Part shown: piece after piece, positions 52,171-64,000 of the stretch
Layout: each line of letters opens with the position of its first letter
How positions within the stretch are numbered: position 1 is the stretch's first letter
Assembly: GCA_034780895.1 (NCBI GenBank)
Contig: JAUZTB010000017.1
Coordinates: 27,421,877 to 27,485,876 of the forward strand
DNA from: Rhynchobatus australiae
Lineage: Eukaryota
Direction: 5' to 3'
Length of the DNA: 64,000 nt
Program-made: the position numbers and the translations under genes
The notes under the pieces: model-generated
The model's input: the letters and a program-made list of their open reading frames with translations, nothing else
Database searches by the model: none
Told to the model about the DNA's origin: nothing

Positions 52171-52379
52171 TTGCCATTACTCCTTGTGACATACAATATT
52201 TGGCTATGTAAGTCAATGAGCTATTTGGCTTGTTAGTGACTACCTTGTATTAAATGGACATGTATGTCATCAGATCAACTTAGATTTGCAGCCTTCTTTC
52301 AGCCTCATCCTTTGAGGATTGCTTATTGAATGATGTGCAAATTGTATAAAGACAGGCAGAATAGAGGTTTAGATACATG

Positions 52380-54115
52380 ACTGTAAGATTAGTGCGGGAG
52401 ATGGAAATTTCAATTAAAGGAGCACCGGTATCAGAAAATTAAGGAAAGAGGTTGCTGCATCATATGGATTCCACCTGACCCAGTTGGGATCAACGTCCTG
52501 ATGGGTGGAATACTTAGAGTAAGTAGCTTCGACTTTGTTTCACTTCACAGTTAATTAAAGGTAAATCTCCAAGAGCGCCGAGTAGCAACTTGAGTGAAAT
52601 GAAACAGCTTGCGTCAGTACAGTGAAATTATCAATTGTAATAGGACATTAGCAACTGAGACAACATGCTGGAAAAATAGTAGGAAGTTAACATTCAAGAT
52701 GCCATATAAGATTGCACATTCATAATAAAGTAAATGGAATAATGACACAAGTCGATCTCAAGGAGTTTGGTCTATTAGCCTTTACTAAGAGATGGTTGCA
52801 AACTGTCCAAATTTGGGAACAAAGTAAAAACCCAAGTAGGAGAAGTAATATATTTTCCAGAGTGGCAGACGTGTCAGATATATGGTCAAAATGGATGAAG
52901 AGTTATTGCAACACTGAGCGTGACAGATGAGGTTAAAGCAGTTATAAGAAAGGATCTTAGCCCAGTCAGTATGGGTGGGCAAAGGAGAACAAGCAGCAGA
53001 AAATATAATATATTTAGATAGAGTTAGACAGCACATAAATCAGGCCATTCTGCCAATGATAATGCAGTTGTACCAAAGGAAACTTTAATCTTATAGAGTC
53101 TACTCAAACCAAATTGTCAAACTTCCTTGGAGGATGATTTCACAAAATGGATTTGCAACCAGTTCTTAGAACAAAATATTGAGCAACCAATAGAAAGCAA
53201 ACCAATTTTGATATCATTCTGTGAGGGATAATTATAATATGATAGGATTTCATATTAACTTTAAGAATAAAGTGGCTAAATCTAGAGTCTTAACTTTAAA
53301 CAAAAGCATCTATGGAGACCTGAGATGCAGGTTGACTGAAGTGGATTGGGAAATTAGATTAAAGGACAAAATGGTTGATGAGCAATGGCAAACACTTAAA
53401 GAAATAACTCATAATTCTCTATAGATATTCCTTTGAGAAATCAAAACTCCATTAGAAAAATGACTAACATGAAAATCTAAAAATAGTTTTTGATTGAAAG
53501 GCAAGGTTTGCAAAGGAATGACAAAGAAGGCGATAAAGAGGATGAAATGGAATACTTGGTAAGAAATTTGAAAGCAAGCAGACTTTAACAGCTTTTGTAA
53601 GTATGTAAAAAGAAAGAGATAATCAAAGATAAGCACTGATCCCTGAGAGACAGAAAAAGGTAAAATTATAGTAAGGAATAATTAAGCCACAGAGACCTTT
53701 GTGAAACAAACAACTTGTGCTACAAGGTCATCGTTGAGAAAGAATCACAAAGAATGACTCACATTCCTTGGAGAAGAATTATATGTGATCTCATTGAAAC
53801 AAAGAAGATTTTTAGAGGGCTTAACTGGGTAGATGTTGAATCTGTTTCCCCTGGCAGGAGAATCTGGCCTTGGGAGTCATGGCCTCTGAAATAAGGAGTC
53901 AACAACTTGGGACTGAAATGACAAGAAATTTCTTTACTCAAAAGGCTATAGATTTTTGGAACTCTTTACTGCATAGGGCTATGGATGCTCAGATGTTCAG
54001 TATGCTTAAGGTTGTGATTAATGGATTCTTGGGCATTGAGAAAATGAAGGGTTACGGTGATGTAAAAGTTCAGCTCTGATTGTATTGAATGCTACCAATC
54101 ATTTCTTATGTTCTT
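52380..54115 (+). mobile_element. Long, heavily decayed CR1 LINE (ORF1/endonuclease remnants to 3' tail)
   Basis: GLLAFTKRWLQ (cf. IAITETWL, endonuclease), LTEVDWEIRLKDKMVDEQWQTLKEI, and TEMTRNFFTQKAIDFWNSL....DAQ...LKVVINGFL (CR1 C-terminus). Ends atttcttatgttctt. Confidence 0.75.
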
Positions 54116-54349
54116 AACCTTTGCTTTGTTTATACCAGTCATGGCACAAGGCTAGTCCATACTCACTTTGAACAGCTGAGCAGTATTCTGCTCAGGATAC
54201 CAATTTTATTTTGAAAGCAATGATGAAGTTAAAATTCTTTTTGCAGCATCAGCATTCCCACAAGAGTTTCTGAGAGGTGATGCGAAAGAGCTATTAAACC
54301 AGTTGTTAAATATATCAGTTATTGCCAAACACCAGTGCTCAGCAGTATC

Positions 54350-55000
54350 ACTGAATCACAGAGAGTTGCAGCATGGAAGGAGCTCGTCTAGTCTGTGCTG
54401 GTTTTATGCAAGAACGACTTGGCTAATCCCACTCTCCCACCCTTTCTCCATCGCCCAGCATTTTAATTTTTCTCTTTTCAAGTACAAATCCAGCTCCCTT
54501 TTCAACACCACAATTGAATCTGCCTCCACTACCTGCCCTAGCAGTACAGTCCAGACCCCAACCAACCTCTGCACGAAAAAAATGTTCCTCATGTTACTTT
54601 TGGTTTCTTGGTTCTTTGCATCAGATTCTTGGCCCCTGCCAATGCTAACAGTTTCTCTGTCTATACATTACATGATTATAAATTACTCTATCAGATCCCC
54701 TCTTAACCTACGCTGTTCAAACTACCCCACTTTCATTTGAAAATGGATAATTCTATTCATGAAACCAAAGACTGACCTCAGGAATCATTCTTCTGTACCT
54801 TCCCTTAGGCCTTCATATCTTTACCGTAGTGTGTTGGACAGAGTAATGCAGACGTGGCCAAACTAGTGCTTTATGAATGTTCATCTACTTCTTGTGCACT
54901 TTGCCTTCATTTAAAAAGCCCAGGATCCCCTATGCTTTTGTAACTACTTTGTTAACCTTCCCTGCCACATCCAAATATGTACACGTACTCTTCCAATTCT
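54350..55000 (-). mobile_element. CR1 LINE 3' fragment, opposite orientation
   Basis: Minus strand reads RNIFFVQRLVGVWTVLLGQVVEADSIVVLKRELDLYLKREKL, and AGKVNKVVTKA near 54930-54970. Confidence 0.8.
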
Positions 55001-56111
55001 CTCTGTTCCTATAGCCCTCATAAGATGGAATAATATGACCCACACGATGTATCACAGGATCACCAGCNNNNNNNNNNNNNNNNNNNNNNNNNNNNNNNNN
55101 NNNNNNNNNNNNNNNNNNNNNNNNNNNNNNNNNNNNNNNNNNNNNNNNNNNNNNNNNNNNNNNNNNNCACAGGATCACCAGCATATGTTAAGGGAATCGC
55201 TATCTTCTGATGACCTGATCTGCGGGTTATGCTGATCTTTCGGGCTACTGAATAATTCACTTTTATACCATTATTCTACTGCACTAACTGTACTTTTGCA
55301 TTCGTACAAATGAACCACTGAAATATAGAAGTAATGTCTAAACTTGGTACACTTGTGGAATAATTTATTAACAAGTTCATGTGATCCTATGAGCATGAGT
55401 TTTTTGAAAAGGAAAATGCTTTTGGCATCCAATTGATGGCACTAAATGGCCGTCATTGTACAGATTTGTTCCTCAGCCCTTAGCTGCAATTGGAAAAACA
55501 TTTCAAGCTTCCCATCTTCAATTTGTGTGCTTCTCTAAAATGAAGCAATGGTGCATGTAAATATTTTGAATTTTGACCTTTAACTGCTCCAGGATAAGCC
55601 AGGTGCCCAATGTGCTGTGAATTTCACGGTTATGCTGAACTTCGATCCAGTAGAATTCTGAAATAATGCACAATATTTTGACAGTACAGAATGAGTCTCC
55701 CCTTTTCTTGTCAGTTTTGTGTAAATGTTTGTGTTGAGATATGTTGCAGTTGCATCTTCTCTAAGTGTAGCGAGTGTAGGGTGATTAATTTCTTTGCCGA
55801 GCTGTTACTTTCCTTCCATCTAGTGGAATGAACTGCGTGTGATTACAGTGATTTATAACCAAAGATAAATTATTGCCACAGAAATAAATCAAATGCCTTT
55901 TCTTTTCTGGCTCAGTAATTTTCCGCTGCAATTTGATAGTCTTCCACTGTGTTCGTGTTATAAATGACGGGTACAAAATCTCTGATAGCTCCGGATTTTT
56001 TTGGAAAGAGAACAAGCTTGGATTTAATGTTCAGACTCAGTTTCCACGCTGTGAAAATTGTGTTGTGTTTTATGTGCGATGTGAAATTGACATCTTTTTT
56101 TTTGTTAATAG

Positions 56112-56164
56112 TGTAAATGGTCCAGAAAAGGCTTCATCAGAACACGGTGGAGTGTCACTGATTG
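56112..56164 (+). CDS. INPP5A: INPP5A internal coding exon (53 nt; equivalent to human exon 7)
   Basis: T-rich tract plus tAG, GTACGT donor. Translates CKWSRKGFIRTRWSVTD(C) vs recalled human CKWSRKGFIRTRWCIADC. Phase 0 start, phase 2 end. Confidence 0.96.
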
Positions 56165-56581
56165 GTACGTTCCAGTGCTTTTATTTTTAACTTCTGCACT
56201 AATTTGAAATGTATTTAATGGTGAAGTGAGTGCAGATTAGGGCAAATCATGATTTGACATTCTGACCTTTGTCAGTCATTCCACTGTCATTTCGTATCCC
56301 ATATGTCCTTGAAACTGATTTTGTGATTGATCCAATGGCCTTGGCCAAATTTTACATAACGTTTCTGGAGATTTTTACACTGAAATTTAAGTTTTTGATT
56401 TACCTTAATTCAATTACACTATTTTCAATGCAGAACTCTTCCAAAGTTTCTTTTTTCTGGATTTATGCATGAAAATTTCTTCCAGTGTAATCCATAGAGA
56501 AGAGCCATACCAAAGTTTCACGTTTCAAATCACACTGCAGCCTTTAAGAATCTCCAACCTGCTTTTCTTATGTGAGTGAAG

Positions 56582-56750
56582 CAAAACATGGCAGATACGA
56601 AAAATATGAAACAAAAACAGAAAATGCCAGAACACTCAACAGGTCAGCTGGCATCTGTGGGAAGAGTTCTCATAAAGGACCGTTGGCCTAAACAGTTTAT
56701 TTCTTTCTTCAAGGATGCTGCCTAACCTGCTGATATTTCCGAGTTATTTC
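56582..56750. repeat. Penelope-derived fold-back repeat
   Basis: aaaacagaaaatgccagaacactcaacaggtcagctggcatc followed by ggatgctgcctaacctgctgatatttcc. Confidence 0.65.
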
Positions 56751-57949
56751 NNNNNNNNNNNNNNNNNNNNNNNNNNNNNNNNNNNNNNNNNNNNNNNNNN
56801 NNNNNNNNNNNNNNNNNNNNNNNNNNNNNNNNNNNNNNNNNNNNNNNNNNNNNNNNNNNNNNNNNNNNNNNNNNNNNNNNNNNNNNNNNNNNNNNNNNNN
56901 NNNNNNNNNNNNNNNATCCATCNNNNNNNNNNNNNNNNNNNNNNNNNNNNNNNNNNNNNNNNNNNNNNNNNNNNNNNNNNNNNNNNNNNNNNNNNNNNNN
57001 NNNNNNNNNNNNNNNNNNNNNNNNNNNNNNNNNNNNNNNNNNNNNNNNNNNNNNNNNNNNNNNNACCAGAAGAACTGCCTTGCCTCCACTGTTTTCTTTC
57101 TTCAATATATCTTGTCTACCATTTTTCTAGCTGTCTGTAATATATCACATAATTTTTTGGATCATGTTGCCAACTATAATTGGTGTAGAATTCAGCCAGT
57201 GTTCATATATTTAACAACCATCTACTGACAGATAATGAACGAAATAGAAGAGAATGATAGTTGAACAAATGTGGCATTATTGTTAATTTGTAACTTTTCC
57301 CCACAAGTTTTCTACCTGTCTTCCTTAAACTGTCTGTTTTGCTTCCAGCAGAACAAAGCCAAATACTTTTTCTTCAATTTTACATCACAAGTGTTTATCA
57401 AATATAACATTTTTCTCACTCAGTGCGCATGTGCTAATGCCCAACATATGTCATTGGATGAAGATTGGGAATGGGATAAGTGGTTAATGAACCTCAGATT
57501 TCGATGAACTCAAATTGAAAGGAATACACTTAGAGATGGTTATTTAATTCTGAGGAATAAATATTTAATATATGGTCTACCATTCTTTGGTCATTTCTGC
57601 AAAATTAATATCAAATATCTAGATTTTTAGAAATTTCAATGGGTCATGAGTTGACTTTTAAATACAAATGGTAACAAACTCAATGCATATCACATGTGAA
57701 GGGGATATATGGACATTTCATAGTTTTGAAGTTGGCTCCTTTTTTCCTTTCTTTCCTCTTCTCCCCTCCTGAAGATAGTAGCCCTGAATTATCAAGAGGT
57801 TGTAACAACCTCCAGTTGTAACCTAAATAGGAGGCTGATGGAAACAATTGTCCCATTTCTCTAGGGTCTCTGCCAAACTCCCATCAAAGTTAACACAGGT
57901 TATAAAGTCAATAATTGACCGATAATTTTTAAGAGTAGGTGCACATTCA

Positions 57950-58205
57950 TGGTATCCAACTAACAATTAAAAGTTCAAATCCCACCACAACATGTTGTAA
58001 AAAATTTAAAAAATCGGGGATTTGTGGGAAGGCACCAGTAAAACTGGTTCACTAACTGTTCGCTAACTGAACCCAACTGTTTTATTAACATCCTACAAGG
58101 AAATGAACCTGCAATCCCTACCAGGTGTAACCTGCACGTGACTCTATCCTCATATCATGTGTTTGACTCAAATTGTAGCCAGAAATGGCAAAGCAAGCCA
58201 CCCTC
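57950..58205 (+). mobile_element. tRNA-derived SINE remnant (family of 3988-4300)
   Basis: gttcaaatcccaccac (B box)...ctggttcactaa...gtaacctgcacgtgactct...tgtgtttgactc...aaatggcaaagcaagccac. Confidence 0.6.
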
Positions 58206-59725
58206 AACATGCTGAAAATGTATATTGATCTGAATAGGTAGAAGGTGGTAGAAGGAACAGTACTGGATTCCCTAAATACTTGAATTATGGATCTACAGTG
58301 TAATCACAGTGACCCATGTAGATACATGTAGCTGTACAGGTCGAGCATTACCCTTGTTACAGAGCCCCAGTCTGATTCTCACCTAATATATGTACATATG
58401 TATATTCCAGCAGGGGCATTTGGTCGATCACTGGGTCCTGAGATACAGTTTCATTTTCTGCCTCCCCTGTGCCAATGTAGTAAAATCAAGGTCATTTATA
58501 ATCTTGCACCATTAGTTCAACTGAGATCGATTATTTCCATGCAGGTCAGAGACTTGAGACCTTCCAATCCAAATGACCACACAATATGGTGCATGTATCA
58601 AATGGGACTTCATAAGAGCTCTGCTGGGTCATTGTTGTTGCATATGATTCAATTAAGTTCCAAAAGATGTTATTTAGAGTATCGTGTCATCTTCCTTGAT
58701 GCATATTTACCACAAAAAGGAACCCAACAAGTACTTTTATGGCCTGATTATTTTACTGCACCTACTTCATTGTATGAAGATATACTTATCCCTCTGTTTT
58801 ACTTGCAGGCTGCAAAAAAAAGCTCATTGCATCAACCTGTATGTGGTAGAATGTAATCTGTAGCTATAATTGTTAGTGAATGCTTTCCATTGGTAGGGGG
58901 ATCTAAATACCTCCATTCCTCAGCAGTTAGCTTTAGCATCCTGGCTAATATTTCACTGCTATGGGGTGACTATAATGTTAAGCTGTAGTCATACTGAAAG
59001 CAGAATTAAAGGAATTCCCTCAGCTAATGAATGCTACTTAATGAATAGCCTTTTCTGAACAAGTAAAAATGATTTTCTTTTCTTATTTTATATTTTCCAG
59101 TAAAACTCTAACCTCAGTTCTCCTCATAAANNNNNNNNNNNNNNNNNNNNNNNNNNNNNNNNNNNNNNNNNNNNNNNNNNNNNNNNNNNNNNNNNNNNNN
59201 NNNNNNNNNNNNNNNNNNNNNNNNNNNNNNNNNNNNNNNNNNNNNNNNNNNNNNNNNNNNNNNNNNNNNNNNNNNNNNNNNNNNNNNNNNNNNNNNNNNN
59301 NNNNNNNNNNNNNNNNNNNNNNNNNNNNNNNNNNNNNNNNNNNNNNNNNNNNNNNNNNNNNNNNNNNNNNNNNNNNNNNNNNNNNNNNNNNNNNNNNNNN
59401 NNNNNNNNNNNNNNNNNNNNNNNNNNNNNNNNNNNNNNNNNNNNNNNNNNNNNNNNNNNNNNNNNNNNNNNNNNNNNNNNNNNNNNNNNNNNNNNNNNNN
59501 NNNNNNNNNNNNNNNNNNNNNNNNNNNNNNNNNNNNNNNNNNNNNNNNNNNNNNNNNNNNNNNNNNNNNNNNNNNNNNNNNNNNNNNNNNNNNNNNNNNN
59601 NNNNNNNNNNNNNNNNNNNNNNNNNNNNNNNNNNNNNNNNNNNNNNNNNNNNNNNNNNNNNNNNNNNNNNNNNNNNNNNNNNNNNNNNNNNNNNNNNNNN
59701 NNNNNNNNNNNNNNNNNNNNNNNNN

Positions 59726-59814
59726 CATGATGCTTCCAATTTAATTGCTTGGGAAACAAGCCCATCTGTCTACTCAGGAACCCGACAGAAAGCTCTCACT
59801 TATGTGCTAGATAG
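59726..59814 (+). CDS. INPP5A: INPP5A coding exon, 3' part only (5' part lost in the N gap; equivalent to human exon 8)
   Basis: Translates HDASNLIAWETSPSVYSGTRQKALTYVLD(R), then GTAAGC donor. Recalled human HDASNLVAWETSPSVYSGIRHKALGYVLDR. Confidence 0.95.
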
Positions 59815-62744
59815 GTAAGCAATATATCTACTTTATCTTTTGTATGCTGAAACCATGTTCTTCTTTTGGGAAATACTTTGTTTGGATTTGGCGGCCAGCA
59901 CCATAAACATTTTATTTTAATTTTGTGGTTTGCATTGATGACCAGAATAAGTTATTCATACTAAAGAGGTACGTCATTTCTAAAATATATTTGCTGTATG
60001 TTCCTTCCTCTGCTGACAAACACATCACACAATGATGAAAATTACATTGAAATGTGTCATTGCACTATTTAGGCACACATTGTTGGTTTGAAATGATGTA
60101 TCCGTCTTTCTTTATTCAAAATAAAAAAAGTTTACAACAGATTTTATTGTCCCTTTGTCTGGATTTGATTCTTAAAGTGCAATGAATATACAATGAACAG
60201 ATTACCAATTGGGAGATGACAGTGGGTGGAATATCTTCGTGTAAAACTGTTCACAAACTCTTATTTTGAACAGAGGCTGGGTTCCACTGTTTCTAGTGTC
60301 TGTCTTTCCAAATGATATCCAATGTGCAAGCACATATTTATAGTCAAAGGTANNNNNNNNNNNNNNTCATGAGAACATTAATATATGCAAATCCCATCAG
60401 ACTTATTCTGGAGTTATAAGACTATAACGTCAGTCAAGGTGCAATGTTAACTTGATGTCATTGTTTTCATTTTGGAGTTCAATGCTCCACCTCACCCTTT
60501 CACTTAACCAAACTCAGTTGAACATGTTCAGTTGGGAGAAGGACGCTCATCAGCACTATTTAAAAGAATCGCCAATTAATTGCAGGTTGATTTGTGATTG
60601 GTTTCAAATGCCTGTTGTTGTATTTGCTGTTTCCTAATTTTTTTTTTGAAATTGCTATAATCTGCAGAGAACTATATAACAGATACCTTCTTGGTGACTT
60701 CAGAACTTCTGCACAATTTTTCTCCCAGACATATCTATGTTTCTAGGCATTCCCCTCAGAATAAAGCAGTGGAGAGAGAAGGTGCGGAGTGCACACAGTT
60801 ATCCTCAGCTTAATCACCTGCACCAGAGCTTGAGCATGACCTCTCCCTTTTGGGAGCAGGCTTCTGCACTATCCTTGACCCCTGGCTGCAGACAGCCCTG
60901 CCCAGTGTCTCACTATTGCAATTCTGCCTTTAAATTACACAGAGCATCTGTATCTGAGCATGTGGCTATGAGTGTTAAATTGAATGGTGAGGGAAATTGG
61001 ATGCAGGAAGGAAGGTAGTTATTAAGATTCTATGGTTTCAGTTCCAGCACATGCCACAACCTTGGCACTAGCTACACCAATGATGGTGAACCCCATCTCC
61101 TCCTTGGAGGCAAGATGATGCAGTTGTGACTGTGCACAATTAGTGTGTTTGGTTGGGCACCACTCTCCTGCAGCAGAGTCAGTGCTATGTCTCTGAATGC
61201 ACACTAATTGTTTAGGATGATGTGCCAGGCAGGCTTGAATAGCTGGCAAAGTTTACAGGCTATGAATTGTGGGTGTTAGGCATCCAGTGGTCTTAATTGT
61301 ATGATAAGGCAAATCTATAAATGTTGGGTCACCTACTTATACTTCTGCACTATCTACACTAGTTGCATATAATAGTCTGCATGAAAATGGCATACAGTGG
61401 GTAACTGGGCATTGCCGGCCCTGCACAAATTCTTGGGGCCCATTCAGTATCACTGCCCCCCCCCCCCTTCTCCACTGCCCCCCACGTGCCTTTCCCAATA
61501 TCATCTTGTTTCCTAATAGTAGTATTGTAAGGCTGGTTCAAGCAGCAATAGTGCAGGTTATTCTATTCATCTGCAATTTCACAAACAGTTTGAAGCATTT
61601 CTTGCTGAGGAATTGAGCCTGTATAGAACTGAATTCAAGTGGGAAATATACTGAACTTTAACAGAACAATAGTGCTGCAATCATAAAGCAATGATAAACT
61701 ATAGACTGGCGTAAAATTAACAGATCAGATGCATTCAAACCTGAATGTTTGGCCAAAGCTATTTTTGCCAATGCCTAGCCTAAAAAGGCTAAGTTTTAAA
61801 AATGCAACCTTATATGCATTAGTCTCTCATCCACTTAGATTGGTCAAGTTCTGTAAAAGCTTTGAGAAAATTACCTTCCCTGGAGGCATATTTTATTATT
61901 TTCTAAATTCTATACTCCTTATCTTCTTTTTAGAAATTAATGAATTACTGTTAGGGATTAGGGATTACTGTTGTTATTTTTTTTGCATATTTTATTGCTT
62001 ACATTAACATTTATTTTCTGCTATTTTAACAGAGGCATTTGTATTGGTAATTGGTTAATGTATTAAAACATTTATAATAAGCATATTGTGTATTTGCAAA
62101 TAACATAATGGATTAATAATTCCAAGCTTTGTGTTTAGGCAATGTACTGAAAGAACTTTATTTGCTTTTGATTTGAATTTAGATAGTGAAACAAATTGTG
62201 TTTGCATACTTGATTTTGGGTGCATTGTGAACTTTGTCAGACCATAAAAGTTAGTAACAGAACTCTCTTTTCTAGCAATACCAGTTATTTTCTTTATCCC
62301 TGCTGCTTCTATTCACAATCTTTACATGTTGGACTCGACTTTTCTTCTCAGGCTTCACTATCTAACCCTCCACAGTGGTCGTGGTTGGTATTTGTTGGGG
62401 ATATGGGCTGTAGTTTAACCTCTTAAAAAAAAATGACCCAACCAATTGTGTATATGCCTTCCAACATTTCTACAACAGTGGGTGATGAGTTGTATGTGCC
62501 CTGACATGGAGAGGCAGAGCATTTCATTGGCATAGTGAAATGGAACTTTTACAAAGCTAATCAAGAGTCCCTGATTTAAATTTATCTGCAGAGTTACAAG
62601 CTTCCTATAGTTCTCCTGGTTGCCATAAATGAAGTCTTCGGTCTCTTCATCACACCCACTCTTTTGATATCAGTGCTCCATCTACATAGCCAAGGTGTGA
62701 TAGGCAGCTGGCACCCTCTTCCCATTTACTGACATGTACTCAAG

Positions 62745-62840
62745 CAACAAACAAGATGGAGGAACTCAACGGGTCAGGCAGCATCTGTGGAGGGAAATGG
62801 ACAGTCAACATTTCGGGTTGAGGTCCTTCATCTGGACTGA
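62745..62840 (-). repeat. Penelope-derived terminal repeat with hammerhead motif at 62802-62839
   Basis: Minus strand reads cagtc-CAGATGA-aggacctcaaccc-GAAA-tgt-t-gactg, then tccatttccctccacagatgctgcctgacccgttgagttcctcc. Perfect stem I cagtc/gactg. Confidence 0.75.
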
Positions 62841-63074
62841 TTGCCCTTTATTTTCTGAACATATTTGATGAGTAAAATTTATTTTTGAAATAAAAAAATG
62901 CTGAGGACTATTCCTAGGGTGCTACATTTGTGGAATTCTATTATTGGGTTTCCCACTTGGCTGCCAGCCAGCCTTTGGGTGAGAAATAACATTTAAAAGT
63001 TGTTAGCTGACCCTGCCAGTAAATTTGGCTAAACTATTCAAACATGGTCTTTGCCCAATTTTAAACAGCAAAAA

Positions 63075-63210
63075 GGTGAAAGGAAGCTAGGGATGGTAGC
63101 AAATGTATAGTTGAGGTTACAGTCACATCAGCCATGAGTTTACTGAGTGTCAGAATAAGGTTGAGGAACTAAGTGGTCTACTTGCCCTCCTAATTCATAT
63201 GTTTGTATGG
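63075..63210 (+). mobile_element. CR1 LINE 3' tail fragment
   Basis: agttgaggttacagtcacatcagccatgagtttactgagtgtcagaataaggttgaggaactaagtggtctacttgccctcctaattcatatgttt; parallels 31745-31850. Confidence 0.65.
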
Positions 63211-64000
63211 TGTTTCATGCAGTTTATTAGAGAGGTATCTGTTTCTCATTGGGCTGGATCTTGCTAGAACAGACACAGCTCCCTGACACTCTGCCCAGAG
63301 CTGTAGTCCCTGCCCACCTGCACTCACTTAGTCTTGCTGGCCATCCACAGCCTTGTATTGGACAGTGAGACCTCAGCAATGACTGGACTGGACATCAGGA
63401 TGTATAGTCCCAGAATGCTGTGACAGCTTTTGACAGCAGAAAAGGATGAGGATGTAAATAAATTAATCAAAAGAAATTAATGTAAAATAATCAGAAGAAA
63501 ACCTCTCTCTTGCTGCTGAATCCACAATCCAGAATTTTTAAATAGATGTCTCTGATCCTGCAGCGGGCCTGGCCTGTCCTAGATTCAGAAAGCTGATTTT
63601 CTGATGTACTACAGGAAAATCTCAGCAGGACAAGGCTCTACCGCTAAAGCACTGGACTTACTCTCACACTGTGCAACCTTGACTGTACTGATTACTGTAC
63701 CCCTGTGATTAATCTACCACATTTAATTTCAAACTGGTCAATCACTGTCTACAGGCTCTATCTTAGATTCTGAGATATTATATCGTTACTGCTATAAAAA
63801 TGCAGTCAAATCTTCAAGTCTTCAGACTGAGATTTGATCACTCCATTGGGTGCTTCACCAGCCAGGGTTGGCATTAGGATTGTGGTAAAATGTACAAGTG
63901 GACATTACTGCCTGGTAGAAGTAACAGTGCCAAATCATCTTTTGTTTTGCATTTATTTTTTCGTTCATATTTTTATCTTTTTTTTCTTCATTCTGTTTAT

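Noticed and set aside
55053-55182. Direct repeat cacaggatcaccagc flanking an N run
   Set aside because: Same scaffold-overlap artefact; not a target-site duplication or CRISPR-like repeat.
5948-59818. Long ORFs in the supplied track made mostly of X residues
   Set aside because: They are open only because they run through N gaps. Only the 3' end of 59069-59818 is real coding sequence (INPP5A exon).
60662-60730. tgcAG followed by a frame reading ELYNRYLLGDFR, resembling the next INPP5A exon (SYFVFGDFNFRLD)
   Set aside because: Only GDF matches. The surrounding residues disagree, whereas the real exons are near-identical to the human protein.
63935-64000. Long T/C-rich tract at the window end, possibly the polypyrimidine tract of the next INPP5A exon
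   Set aside because: No AG or exon sequence inside the window; cannot be supported without the adjacent sequence.
1-64000. CRISPR arrays, rRNA, true tRNA genes or prokaryotic operons
   Set aside because: None seen. The tRNA-like A/B boxes all belong to SINE heads, and the dispersed repeats are not regularly spaced.

Overview
Eukaryotic, AT-rich, CpG-depleted vertebrate DNA from a gapped short-read assembly. The repeat content (HE1-type V-SINEs, CR1 LINEs, abundant Penelope-derived repeats) points to a cartilaginous fish, probably a ray (inference). The window lies inside one + strand gene, INPP5A (type I inositol-1,4,5-trisphosphate 5-phosphatase). Four internal coding exons are visible: 28242-28305, 32530-32633, 56112-56164 and the 3' part of a fourth at 59726-59814. 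All visible splice sites are AG/GT and the phases are compatible. The rest is intron, holding decayed CR1/L2-group LINEs, a 5'-truncated Tx1-clade LINE, two degenerate Gypsy pol remnants, tRNA-derived SINEs and about ten Penelope-like terminal repeats. Most notable: (1) the Penelope-derived repeats carry minimal type-I hammerhead ribozyme motifs and often sit as fold-back pairs; (2) a ~230-260 bp long inverted repeat at 35.7-36.8 kb; (3) several repeat-free blocks rich in PBX-HOX/MEIS motifs that may be conserved enhancers. I found no convincing evidence for a wholly new biological system. Most ORFs in the supplied track are spurious, repeat-derived or span N gaps. All family assignments are from recalled motifs, not database searches.
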